Shown here: piece after piece, positions 56,206 to 64,000 of the stretch | Numbering within the stretch: the first letter of the stretch is position 1 | How the letters are laid out: the number at the start of each line of letters is the position of its first letter | Source: Minisyncoccia bacterium | GTDB taxonomy: Bacteria; Patescibacteriota; Minisyncoccia; Phycocordibacterales; UBA918 | Length of the DNA stretch: 64,000 nt | Reading direction: 5' to 3' | Assembly (NCBI GenBank): GCA_041736805.1 | Contig: JBGSSW010000016.1 | Location: forward strand, 2,526 to 66,525 | Translations under genes and position numbers: made by a program | Notes under the pieces: model-generated | The model's database searches: none | What the model saw: only the letters and a program-made list of their open reading frames with translations | What the model was told of the DNA's origin: nothing

Positions 56206-57252
56206 TTAGCGCTTGGCCAAAACGGTCTTCTTGTAAGCATCTAAGTGTTCTAGAGCAATACCCGTGCCAGTAGCGACACAAAAAAGAGCTTGGTCTGCCA
56301 GATGAGCCTTCACTCCCGAACGTCGTTTGACTAGCTCAGGAAAGTTTCTTAGTTGTGAAGTCCCGCCAGTCATAATTACTCCCCCATCAATAATATCTGC
56401 TGCGAGTTCAGGTGGGGTCTCTTGAAATACATCTTTAATCGCTTTTATCATTTCACGCAAGTCTCGACTTATTGCTCGCACTACTTCATTTGTTCTTATC
56501 TCAGTTGTTCTAGGTAAACCAGAGAGTACATCTCGCCCTTTAATGTCCATTACTAGTTCTTCTTCCAAAGGTAAGGCTGAACCAATTTTAATTTTAATTT
56601 CTTCGGCTGTCTTTTCACCAATGGAAAGATTTCTAGTTTTTTTAACATAATCAATTATCGAAGCATCGATTCGATTTCCCGCACACTTCACTGAGTTTGA
56701 AGCTACAATTCCTCCTAGAGAAATCACGGCTACGTCGATTGTTCCGCCGCCAATATCGACAATCATGTGTCCTTGTGGTTCATAAATCGGCACCCCGGCT
56801 CCAATCGCCGCCAAAATCGGCTCCTTAACCACATAAGCATTTCTAGCTCCAGCTTTAAGAGTTGCCTCAACCACCGCTCGTCGTTCAGTTGAAGTCACTC
56901 CAGCTGGTACGGATATCATTACATCAGGTTTAAATAAGTTGAACCGACTCATGGATTTACGAATAAAATATCGCAACATAACTTCGGTGACTCGGTAATC
57001 TGCAATTACTCCGTCTTTCATCGGTCGATAGGCCTTGATACTGTCTGGAGTACGTCCTATCATTCGCTTTGCTTCTATTCCGACAGCTAAGACTTCATTA
57101 TCATCAGAGATAGCCACTACAGAGGGTTCGTTTAAAACAATTCCTTGTCCCGGTATAAATACCAAAATACTAGTTGTACCTAAATCAATACCAATCTTCG
57201 GGTTTAAATTATTCCAAAACATCATATTATTTATCTTGCCAACATAGTACAA
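56206..57252 (-). CDS. second MreB/Mbl-like actin homologue
   Basis: KIGIDLGTTSILVF, MIVDIGGGTIDVAV and MTGGTSQLRNF match MreB phosphate-1/phosphate-2/adenosine motifs. The ORF-track start at 57252 is TTG; a Met at 57225 or 57222 is the more likely start. Confidence 0.8.
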   Translation of the reverse strand: MYYVGKINNMMFWNNLNPKIGIDLGTTSILVFIPGQGIVLNEPSVVAISDDNEVLAVGIEAKRMIGRTPDSIKAYRPMKDGVIADYRVTEVMLRYFIRKSMSRFNLFKPDVMISVPAGVTSTERRAVVEATLKAGARNAYVVKEPILAAIGAGVPIYEPQGHMIVDIGGGTIDVAVISLGGIVASNSVKCAGNRIDASIIDYVKKTRNLSIGEKTAEEIKIKIGSALPLEEELVMDIKGRDVLSGLPRTTEIRTNEVVRAISRDLREMIKAIKDVFQETPPELAADIIDGGVIMTGGTSQLRNFPELVKRRSGVKAHLADQALFCVATGTGIALEHLDAYKKTVLAKR

Positions 57253-57274
57253 CCTTTACCCCAATCTATAAAGT

Positions 57275-57306
57275 AGTCAAGTATAGCATGTATGCTATAC
57301 TTGACT
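57275..57306. promoter_or_regulatory. perfect 15-bp inverted repeat with a 2-nt spacer (agtcaagtatagcat-gt-atgctatacttgact) abutting the HTH-MurA start codon: candidate operator and bidirectional promoter
   Basis: Verified base by base. TATACT -10-like hexamers occur on both strands inside the palindrome. The ATG of the HTH-MurA gene lies 1 nt after it. Confidence 0.5.
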
Positions 57307-57307
57307 C

Positions 57308-58807
57308 ATGCAAAATATTGGACACCGCATCGCTGACATGCGTGAGACAAAGGGAATTACTCAGGCAGACCTAGCCAAAAAGCTCAAAACTACTCAAAGT
57401 GCTATTGCTCGTATTGAATCTGGTAAACAAAATATTAGTGCCGATATGCTCAAACGTATTGGTAAAGCTCTGGGTAAAAACCTCATTACCCTTTCTCCAG
57501 GAACAGTTAATATCCAAATTGAAGGTGGCAAAAAACTGTCAGGTACTATCGAAACCAATACCTCAAAAAATGGTGCGGTCGGTCTTTTGTGTGCCAGCTT
57601 ACTAAACCGCGGCATCACCACATTAAACCGCATGCCGAGAATAGAAGAAGTCCATCGAATAATTGAAGTCTTAGAGAGTATTGGGGTTAGGGTTGAATGG
57701 AAAGGAGATAAGGTAGTAATTACACCACCCAAAAAAATTAACCTAAATAAAATTGATGTTGAAGCTGCTAAAAAAACTCGCAGTATTGTGATGTTTATCG
57801 GTCCACTAATTCATCGCCTTGGCTCTTTTAGCCTTCCCCAATCGGGAGGCTGCAAACTAGGCAGCCGAACTGTTAGACCTCATTTCTATGCCCTAGAAAA
57901 ATTTGGTGTAAATATAAATACTACAGATAAAAATTATGAAATTAAGACAAAATTAACTTCTCCAGAAGAAATTATCCTTTATGAATCAGGTGACACTGTC
58001 ACGGAAAACACCTTATTTGCAGCTGCTCTAAACCAAGGTACCACTACCATAAAATACGCTTCGGCCAATTATATGGTTCAAGAAGTTTGCGCTTTCTTGA
58101 GCTTACTGGGAGTAAAAATCGAAGGCGTTGGTACGACTACTCTTAAAGTAACCGGGATAAAAGAAATTAACCAAGCTGTCGAATACACCCTTTCAGAAGA
58201 CCCGACTGACACAATGTTTTTCTTGGCCGCTGCCATAGTGACTGACTCTTCTATCACTATTACTCGTTGTCCAATAAATTTTCTCGAACTTGAACTACTG
58301 AAATTGGAAAAAATGGGTTTTGAATATAAAAAATCAAAACCTTACCTTAGTTACAATGGAGTGACTAACCTGGTAGATATCACGACCAAGCCTTCCAAAC
58401 TAGTAGCTTTACATGAAAAAATTCATCCGGCAGTTTACCCCGGCTTAAATATAGACAACCTACCTTTCTTTGCTGTTATCGCTACTCAGGCCGAAGGACA
58501 AACTCTCATTCATGATTGGGTCTATGAAAAACGCGCCATTTATTTTACCGAGCTAGACAAACTCGGCGCTGACACCGTCTTGGCCGACCCCCATCGAATT
58601 TACATTAATGGCCCGACACCACTTCGAGCAAGTGAGCTAATCTGCCCTCCAGCCTTACGTCCGGCTACCATCCTCCTTATTGCCATGCTCGCTGCCAAAG
58701 GACATTCGATTTTACGCAATATTTATAGTATTAATCGTGGTTATGAAAAACTAATCGAAAGACTATCTTCAATTGGGGCCAGGGTCTCATATCTTGACGA
58801 ATTCTAA
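57308..58807 (+). CDS. murA: XRE-family HTH domain fused to UDP-N-acetylglucosamine 1-carboxyvinyltransferase (MurA)
   Basis: Residues 1-60 read IGHRIADMRETKGITQADLAKKLKTTQSAIARIESGKQNIS, a canonical XRE HTH. The remainder is MurA/EPSP-synthase fold (LSGTIETNTSKNGAVGLLCASLL and downstream). 499 aa in a single continuous ORF. Confidence 0.75.
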   Translation: MQNIGHRIADMRETKGITQADLAKKLKTTQSAIARIESGKQNISADMLKRIGKALGKNLITLSPGTVNIQIEGGKKLSGTIETNTSKNGAVGLLCASLLNRGITTLNRMPRIEEVHRIIEVLESIGVRVEWKGDKVVITPPKKINLNKIDVEAAKKTRSIVMFIGPLIHRLGSFSLPQSGGCKLGSRTVRPHFYALEKFGVNINTTDKNYEIKTKLTSPEEIILYESGDTVTENTLFAAALNQGTTTIKYASANYMVQEVCAFLSLLGVKIEGVGTTTLKVTGIKEINQAVEYTLSEDPTDTMFFLAAAIVTDSSITITRCPINFLELELLKLEKMGFEYKKSKPYLSYNGVTNLVDITTKPSKLVALHEKIHPAVYPGLNIDNLPFFAVIATQAEGQTLIHDWVYEKRAIYFTELDKLGADTVLADPHRIYINGPTPLRASELICPPALRPATILLIAMLAAKGHSILRNIYSINRGYEKLIERLSSIGARVSYLDEF

Positions 58808-58870
58808 ATAAAATTGGTGCCAACAGGTAAATCTGACCAACTAGTATAAGTCTGGTACAATTACCGCCAC

Positions 58871-60766
58871 ATGTTTGTTATTCAGGTAATTCCGCTTATT
58901 CGGGGCACAAAAATTGATAAACTTTCCTATTTTAGTGCGACAGAATATGAACTGGGAACCTTTCTAACCATCCCTATCCGAGGCAAAGAACATCCCGCTA
59001 TAGTCACTGAAGTTAATCCAGTAGCTGATAATAAAAGTTCGCTTAAAAGTGCTTCTTTTACTTTACGTAAACTGCCTGAACAAACCCCATTATCTTCCGT
59101 TCCCAAAAATATTCAAAGTACGGCGAAGTTACTACAAAAAATATATCCCAGTTCAGCCGGGGCCATTTTATATCAATTACTTCCGCCCGACGTTCGTACT
59201 GGCGAATATAAATATCCACTGGTTTCTTCGCTCGTGCACAAAGAAGATACTACCCCACAAATACTTACAGCTACCTTAAAGGATAGGTACGTTTCTTACC
59301 GTAGCCATATCAGAAGTGTTCTCGCTAGACGAGGCTCCGTCGTATTTGTTGTCCCTACTAGCGCTGATGTTCAGTACGCTGTCACTAATCTTTCTCAAGG
59401 TATTGAAGATAGAGTGGTAATTTTTTCTCCGGCCCAAACAAAAACTGAGCGCCGTAAATCTTACGCCGCCTATGAAGATACAAGTCTAGCAAAATTGATT
59501 ATCACAACACCTTCTCATGCTTACTTAGACCGCGTAGATTTATTATCTATAATCATAGAAAACTCGGCCAACGATTTTTATCGCAGCAAACAAAGACCCT
59601 ACCTTGATCACCGGACCGCTCTTGAAACCTACGCTAAAGCCACCGGAAGGGACATTCTGCTTGGTGATATTCTACCTAGAACTGAGGATGAATACTTGCG
59701 CAGAATGGAATTGTTCACGACCTACAATCAAGAGACAAAACGCTTATCTTTTACCTCCCCACTTACTATTATTACCCAACACGACAAATCAACTCCAGAA
59801 AAACCTTTTACTCTCTTTTCAAAAAAATTAACAGCTAGGGTTAATAATGTCCTCGAAGCCAAAGGACGAGTGTTCATGTATGGTGCCAGACGAGGTATCG
59901 CTCCAGTAGTAACTTGTATTGATTGTGGTCATATCTTCCGTTGCCCTGATTCGGATACTCCCTATTCCTTAGTAAAAACTACTTCTAAAACTGGCAACGA
60001 AGAAAGGTGGTTTGTCTCAGGTACTTCCGGCAAAAAAATTCGCGCTGCCGACACTTGTCCTGATTGCGGCTCGTGGCGTCTGCGTACTAGAGGAATTGGT
60101 ATCCAGCAAGTTCATGATGAAGCTTTGTCCACCTTTCCCAAACACAAAATATTCCTACTAGACCACATTACAGCCTCCACCAGGAAACGAGCTCAAACAA
60201 TTATTGATGATTTTTATAAATGCCGAGGAGCTATTTTACTTGGTACGCAAATGGCCCTACCTTATTTGAATGCACATGAAATAGATTTGAGCGCGATAAT
60301 TTCTCTCGATGCTACTCGCTCTAACCCTACTTGGCGCGCAGACGAAAATGTTTTTCGCCTATTACTGCAGCTACGAGAAATTAGCCGTCAAGAAGTCTTG
60401 ATTCAAACTAGAACTGAAGTTGATTCTCTTTTGCAAAGTGCTACACATGGAGCTTTAGAAGCTTTTTACAATGAAGAAATCCAACTGCGCGAACAGCTTA
60501 AATATCCTCCTTTTTCTACCTTTGTCTTACTTAGTTGGACTGGTGATAAAAGCGCAGTAGCAGAAACTGAAGAGATGATTAAAAAATTGACTGAAACAAA
60601 AACGGCTGATTACTACAGCAACCCGAATTCAGCGGATAACAAAATTCTTCGTCATGCGTTATTTAGAATTCCCCCAACTATTAAGGATAAAGATATTTTT
60701 ATGGAAATACTTAGAAATCTACCGCCGTATATTCGAATTGAAATAGACCCGCCGAGAATTGTCTAA
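58871..60766 (+). CDS. priA: primosomal protein N' (PriA)-like protein with a degenerate helicase P-loop
   Basis: A PriA-type zinc-binding region is present: CIDCGHIFRCPDSD...CPDCGSWRLRTRGIGIQQV. The C-terminal helicase and winged-helix region are conserved (LLGTQMALPYL...). The Walker A position reads VVFVVPTSADVQ instead of a GKT motif. The priA-def-fmt order is conserved. Confidence 0.55.
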   Translation: MFVIQVIPLIRGTKIDKLSYFSATEYELGTFLTIPIRGKEHPAIVTEVNPVADNKSSLKSASFTLRKLPEQTPLSSVPKNIQSTAKLLQKIYPSSAGAILYQLLPPDVRTGEYKYPLVSSLVHKEDTTPQILTATLKDRYVSYRSHIRSVLARRGSVVFVVPTSADVQYAVTNLSQGIEDRVVIFSPAQTKTERRKSYAAYEDTSLAKLIITTPSHAYLDRVDLLSIIIENSANDFYRSKQRPYLDHRTALETYAKATGRDILLGDILPRTEDEYLRRMELFTTYNQETKRLSFTSPLTIITQHDKSTPEKPFTLFSKKLTARVNNVLEAKGRVFMYGARRGIAPVVTCIDCGHIFRCPDSDTPYSLVKTTSKTGNEERWFVSGTSGKKIRAADTCPDCGSWRLRTRGIGIQQVHDEALSTFPKHKIFLLDHITASTRKRAQTIIDDFYKCRGAILLGTQMALPYLNAHEIDLSAIISLDATRSNPTWRADENVFRLLLQLREISRQEVLIQTRTEVDSLLQSATHGALEAFYNEEIQLREQLKYPPFSTFVLLSWTGDKSAVAETEEMIKKLTETKTADYYSNPNSADNKILRHALFRIPPTIKDKDIFMEILRNLPPYIRIEIDPPRIV

Positions 60767-60809
60767 TTTAAAAGGTTGTGCTAGTTTGCTATAATATAAG
60801 TAAGAAATT

Positions 60810-61343
60810 ATGGCTAAATTAGTACCAGAAAACCATCCTGTCCTACATGCAATGGCCGAAGAAATAACCGAGGCTGAATTTGCTGATGGAACCGTAAAAA
60901 AGCTACTAAGCGACCTACGTCAGGCTATCAAAACCTACAAAGTAGACGGTTTTACAGCTGTAGCCATCGCTGCTCCACAAATTGGGGTTGGTAAAAGAAT
61001 GTTTATAATTGAAGATCAAAGTACTGAGCCAGACAGATTACCAACAGTTATTGCCATCAACCCGCGACTAACCAAGCTATCTAAAAAGACACATGTGGTG
61101 GGTGAAGGCTGTCTGTCTATTCCAGACCGTTACGGACTGGTTCGTCGCTCAACTAACGTGACAATTGAAGCGATTGATGAAAATGGGACGCCTTTCAAAC
61201 GTGGGGCTGGCGGGCTTCTCGCGCAAATTATGCAGCACGAGACCGACCACCTAGACGGCATCCTTTTTACCGACCGAGCCGAAAAAATCTGGACTAAGGA
61301 AGAAATAAAAAATAAAGACCAAGCCGAAGCTCCGTTGACATGA
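60810..61343 (+). CDS. def: peptide deformylase
   Basis: Motifs GVGKRMF (motif 1), EGCLSIPD (motif 2) and QHETDHLDG (motif 3). Confidence 0.9.
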   Translation: MAKLVPENHPVLHAMAEEITEAEFADGTVKKLLSDLRQAIKTYKVDGFTAVAIAAPQIGVGKRMFIIEDQSTEPDRLPTVIAINPRLTKLSKKTHVVGEGCLSIPDRYGLVRRSTNVTIEAIDENGTPFKRGAGGLLAQIMQHETDHLDGILFTDRAEKIWTKEEIKNKDQAEAPLT

Positions 61344-62197
61344 AAATAGCTTTTTTTGGTACGCCAGAGCTTTCAGCTATTGTGCTCGATGAACTTGAAC
61401 AATCAGGCATAGTTCCCAACTTAATTATTACCAATCCAGACGCCCTTATCGGACGCAAACAAGTTCTTACTCCACCTCCCGTAGCCAAATGGGCCCAGGC
61501 TAGAGCTATACCTTTTTTTCAGCCAGAAACACTTAAAGACAAGGCTCTTCTTGGACCAATTACAAATAGTTCATGGGACTTATTTATAGTTGTCGCTTAC
61601 GGAAAAATTATTCCCAGGTGGCTGATTGAGCTTCCCAAATTTGGTACGGTAAACCTGCATCCTTCGCTATTGCCTAAGTTTCGCGGTGCCAGTCCAATAC
61701 GTAGTGCAATTTTAAATAATGAAAGACAGACTGGAGTCACGGTCATGCTGCTAGATGAAATGGTGGACCATGGCCCAATTTTAGCTCAGAAAAAAATTGA
61801 CCTAAATATTAATAATTGGCCCGTTGATGGTCAAAAACTCGACACTATGATGGCGCACCAAGGCGGGGCTTTTTTGGCTGATACCATCAAACAATTTGTA
61901 GCTGGTAAAATTTCACCTAAAGAACAAGACCACATCGAAGCGACTTTCTGCACTAAAATTTCTAAGGAAATGTCTGAGTTAAATTTAGACCCATTTAATC
62001 TTCCCTCTGGCGAGGAGGCTTATAAAATTTTACTAAAAATTAGAGCTTTTTCTGGTTGGCCAGAGACCTTTTTTATCTATCAAGGAAAAAGGATCAAAAT
62101 CAAAGAAGCTGGCTTAGACTATGCGGGGAAGCTATACATTTCTAAAATCATTCCCGAAGGTAAAAAGGAAATGGATTTTACTGATTATTTTAAATAA
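61340..62197 (+). CDS. fmt: methionyl-tRNA formyltransferase
   Basis: MKIAFFGTPE...; the formyl-transferase N-domain motifs NLHPSLLPKFRGASPI are present. It overlaps the def stop by 4 nt. Confidence 0.85.
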   Translation: MKIAFFGTPELSAIVLDELEQSGIVPNLIITNPDALIGRKQVLTPPPVAKWAQARAIPFFQPETLKDKALLGPITNSSWDLFIVVAYGKIIPRWLIELPKFGTVNLHPSLLPKFRGASPIRSAILNNERQTGVTVMLLDEMVDHGPILAQKKIDLNINNWPVDGQKLDTMMAHQGGAFLADTIKQFVAGKISPKEQDHIEATFCTKISKEMSELNLDPFNLPSGEEAYKILLKIRAFSGWPETFFIYQGKRIKIKEAGLDYAGKLYISKIIPEGKKEMDFTDYFK

Positions 62198-62232
62198 AAA
62201 ATGGGACGCCTTACGGCGTCCCATTTTTTATT
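62198..62232. terminator. bidirectional terminator (atgggacgcc-ttac-ggcgtcccat) between fmt and hpf
   Basis: A perfect 10-bp stem is flanked by AAAAAA upstream and TTTTTTATT downstream. Confidence 0.65.
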
Positions 62233-62236
62233 CTCT

Positions 62237-62608
62237 CTACTCACTCCTACCAAACCTCATCATTTCCTTAATCATCCTTCCTCCCTTTCTTAGCATACTA
62301 TTTCTTTTCTTGTGAGCTTTTTTCATTTCCTGGTCTAGCTCATCTTTCACCAAGTCAACCGAGGCTTCAAAAGTATCACCTAGAGCATCTGCTCTATATA
62401 AAGTACCAGCTACCCAGATATTAACTTCTGTTCGACAAACCTTTCCAGACTTTTGATTAGATATTTTTTCAAACTCAACCTCACATTTAACATCACTTTC
62501 ATCACCAATGTATTTTTCAAGTGAGCTCAACTTCTGTGCAACAAGAGCATCAATTCTATTATCAGTATTACTATTTGTGTGTTTGAAGGTTATGTTTTGA
62601 AATACCAT
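62237..62608 (-). CDS. hpf: ribosome hibernation promoting factor / RaiA (YfiA) family
   Basis: 123 aa with the beta-alpha-beta-beta-beta-alpha pattern and the LEKY...AE...D.Y.S.DL..D.L motif typical of HPF. A basic C-terminal tail is present. Confidence 0.7.
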   Translation of the reverse strand: MVFQNITFKHTNSNTDNRIDALVAQKLSSLEKYIGDESDVKCEVEFEKISNQKSGKVCRTEVNIWVAGTLYRADALGDTFEASVDLVKDELDQEMKKAHKKRNSMLRKGGRMIKEMMRFGRSE

Positions 62609-62637
62609 AAGGTGGTTATTTGGCTTTTATGATTTTG

Positions 62638-62859
62638 TTAATCTTCAATTGAGAATATTTTTCTACTTGAATGGTGCCCAGACACGAGTCGGATAGATTT
62701 TTTATTTTTTCTATACTGAAGAGCGAGAATTTCCATAACTCTACTATTGGCTAGATTTCTTTCTGCCGGTTCTTTAACCCTTACTTCGCATTTATCTTGA
62801 CCATTTTCAATCAACTCTTCCTTCTTGGCGTTCGGATAAACCGAAACACGAATGTACAT
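62638..62859 (-). CDS. DUF167 (YggU) family protein
   Basis: IRVSVYPNAKKE...CEVRVKEPAERNLANSRVMEILA...IRLVSGHHSSRKI matches DUF167 (V.V.P.AK...L.V.V.APP..GKAN..L...LA...V.GetsR.K). The start was set at the internal Met. Confidence 0.6.
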   Translation of the reverse strand: MYIRVSVYPNAKKEELIENGQDKCEVRVKEPAERNLANSRVMEILALQYRKNKKSIRLVSGHHSSRKIFSIED

Positions 62860-62861
62860 AC

Positions 62862-63170
62862 TTATCCTTCGCAGGAAACACAAACGTTATCGGAAATACT
62901 TATTCTTGGTCTGACGTAAGCAACCGTCTTACCATAATTTCTTTGCAGGTGTGCAACAATATCATCTGCTTCGTACATCTCAACATTATGAGTTTCGTCT
63001 ACCAAATAAGGGGTTTGATTTAGCCCTCCTCTTTCTACAAGTTCAGCTTGAAAATCTGCTTCAGCAACGTCTTTTAGTTCGACCTCTAAATTAAGTCTAT
63101 CAACCACTGCTAATACCTGCCGACAAAACACGCAGGATGGTTTGTAATAAAGTGTAAGCATGCGAAACAT
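62862..63170 (-). CDS. glutaredoxin-like protein (thioredoxin fold, CVFC active site)
   Basis: LYYKPSCVFCRQV...TPYLVD, a CxxC motif plus a TVP-like motif. A C-terminal extension ends in CVSCEG. Confidence 0.65.
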   Translation of the reverse strand: MFRMLTLYYKPSCVFCRQVLAVVDRLNLEVELKDVAEADFQAELVERGGLNQTPYLVDETHNVEMYEADDIVAHLQRNYGKTVAYVRPRISISDNVCVSCEG

Positions 63171-63239
63171 TTAAGCTTTTAACTTATTTATTATACTATG
63201 TCTCACCCAAACTACCCTGTGTATTACTCACTGACCAGT

Positions 63240-63267
63240 TGAATATTCACAATTTTTCTGTACAATA
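63240..63267 (+). promoter_or_regulatory. putative promoter upstream of tRNA-Asn (TTGAAT, 16-nt spacer, TACAAT)
   Basis: ttgaatATTCACAATTTTTCTGtacaat lies about 55 nt upstream of the tRNA 5' end. Confidence 0.35.
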
Positions 63268-63324
63268 TGACCACTAGTAATAAAAAAGCCCTAAAAAGCT
63301 TGCTGGAACTAGAAAAAAGCTTCT

Positions 63325-63396
63325 TCCGCGGTAGCTCAGTGGTAGAGCAGGTCGCTGTTAACGACTTGGTCGTAGGTTCGAATCCTACCCGCGGAG
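63325..63396 (+). tRNA. tRNA-Asn (anticodon GUU)
   Basis: A manual cloverleaf was built: acceptor stem TCCGCGG/CCGCGGA, D-arm GCTC-AGTGGTA-GAGC, anticodon stem-loop GGTCG-CTGTTAA-CGACT, T-arm GTAGG-TTCGAAT-CCTAC. Confidence 0.8.
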
Positions 63397-64000
63397 CAAG
63401 ACAGGACGTTTACTTAATTCTAAGACCGAATCAAACGGTTTTCGCATTGTAAACTCTAGGTTTTTGCCATCAAGGAGCGAGTTATAAGATATGAGTTTAA
63501 CAATTGCTTGTTTTTCTTCTATATCAGAACTCTCAAACAACTCCACTGCATTCTGAGCTAAGAGCAAAATTGTTCTGGCTGTGATGTGGTGGTTTTTGTT
63601 GTCTGTAGTTAAATCCTCTAGCTCACTATTAATCTCCTCTTGCCGACTAGTATATTCAGTCACCTTTTCGTCATAGCGGTCTTGGGCTACCTTGCCATCA
63701 ATTAACAATTCAAGTAATTGGTTCATTCTGGTCTGGCAAGAATTATACTCATTCTGTAAGCGACTGATATTGTCTCGATGAAATAGTGTTTGACTGTCGT
63801 GATGCTTTTTTAGGTAGTCACACACCTCACTTATTTGCTCATCAGTGATAAACAAGCTTTTGAGCATATCTACTACTTGTTTCATTAACTCTGCTTCTGG
63901 CACATATATACGTTTACATATTTTCTTTGCATCTGTGCAATGGTAATAAGTAAATTTACCTTTCTTGGTTTGTCCTGAAATGGAACAACCACAATTCTTG
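63385..64000 (-). CDS. large serine recombinase (integrase-type), C-terminal portion; the N-terminus lies beyond the window end
   Basis: The minus-strand frame is open from 64000 down to the stop at 63385. It contains the recombinase zinc-ribbon motif KNCGCSISGQTKKGKFTYYHCTDAKKICKRIYVPEAEL, which matches CxxCG...YYxC...C, followed by a coiled-coil. The stop overlaps the 3' end of tRNA-Asn by 12 nt. The ORF-track start at 63903 is an internal GTG. Confidence 0.6.
   Translation of the reverse strand, partial: KNCGCSISGQTKKGKFTYYHCTDAKKICKRIYVPEAELMKQVVDMLKSLFITDEQISEVCDYLKKHHDSQTLFHRDNISRLQNEYNSCQTRMNQLLELLIDGKVAQDRYDEKVTEYTSRQEEINSELEDLTTDNKNHHITARTILLLAQNAVELFESSDIEEKQAIVKLISYNSLLDGKNLEFTMRKPFDSVLELSKRPVLLRG

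Noticed and set aside
1-64000. CRISPR arrays, rRNA genes, transposase or IS elements
   Set aside because: No regularly spaced short direct repeats were seen anywhere. No rRNA-like conserved stretches were found. No DDE or HUH transposase-like ORF was found. The only recombinase is the partial serine recombinase at the right edge.

Overview
A 64-kb window with low GC (roughly 37-40%) and tightly packed genes, most of them bacterial housekeeping genes. Cell-envelope and division genes dominate: a partial dcw cluster (mraZ-rsmH-ftsL-ftsI-murF), mrdA-mreD-mreC-mreB, a second mreB paralog, murA and S41/RIP proteases. Translation is represented by L27, L9, L21, CysRS, LysRS, a short ProRS, RRF, def, fmt and HPF. 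Replication and repair genes are dnaB, recR, a priA-like gene, a holB-like gene, a PIF1/RecD-like helicase and rmuC. Two tRNAs are present, tRNA-Glu(UUC) and tRNA-Asn(GUU). No biosynthetic operons are visible. That absence, the short ProRS, the degenerate PriA and the secretion-like ATPase are consistent with a reduced-genome bacterium of the Patescibacteria/CPR type; this is inference, not proven. The most unusual content is a minus-strand operon at 45.5-56.1 kb. It encodes a VirB4/TraC-like (DUF87/HerA-type) ATPase and a 1472-aa bitopic giant protein with LysM-like motifs. A 439-aa protein that is a paralog of the giant's C-terminal module, an acidic mini-protein and a Pro/Gln tandem-repeat protein complete it; a second mreB paralog sits immediately upstream, separated by a terminator, and two members share a duplicated promoter and 5' module. 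Other notable items follow. An XRE-HTH::MurA fusion gene lies directly behind a perfect 15-bp inverted repeat. A GC-rich, strongly structured small transcription unit is divergent from rplU. A GC-elevated 1.5-kb segment sits next to tRNA-Glu and is bounded by about 22-bp direct repeats. A large serine recombinase gene abuts tRNA-Asn at the right edge of the window, suggesting an integrated element that continues beyond 64000. A promoter layout suggesting leaderless transcription recurs at several genes. No CRISPR array, rRNA gene or transposase gene is visible.
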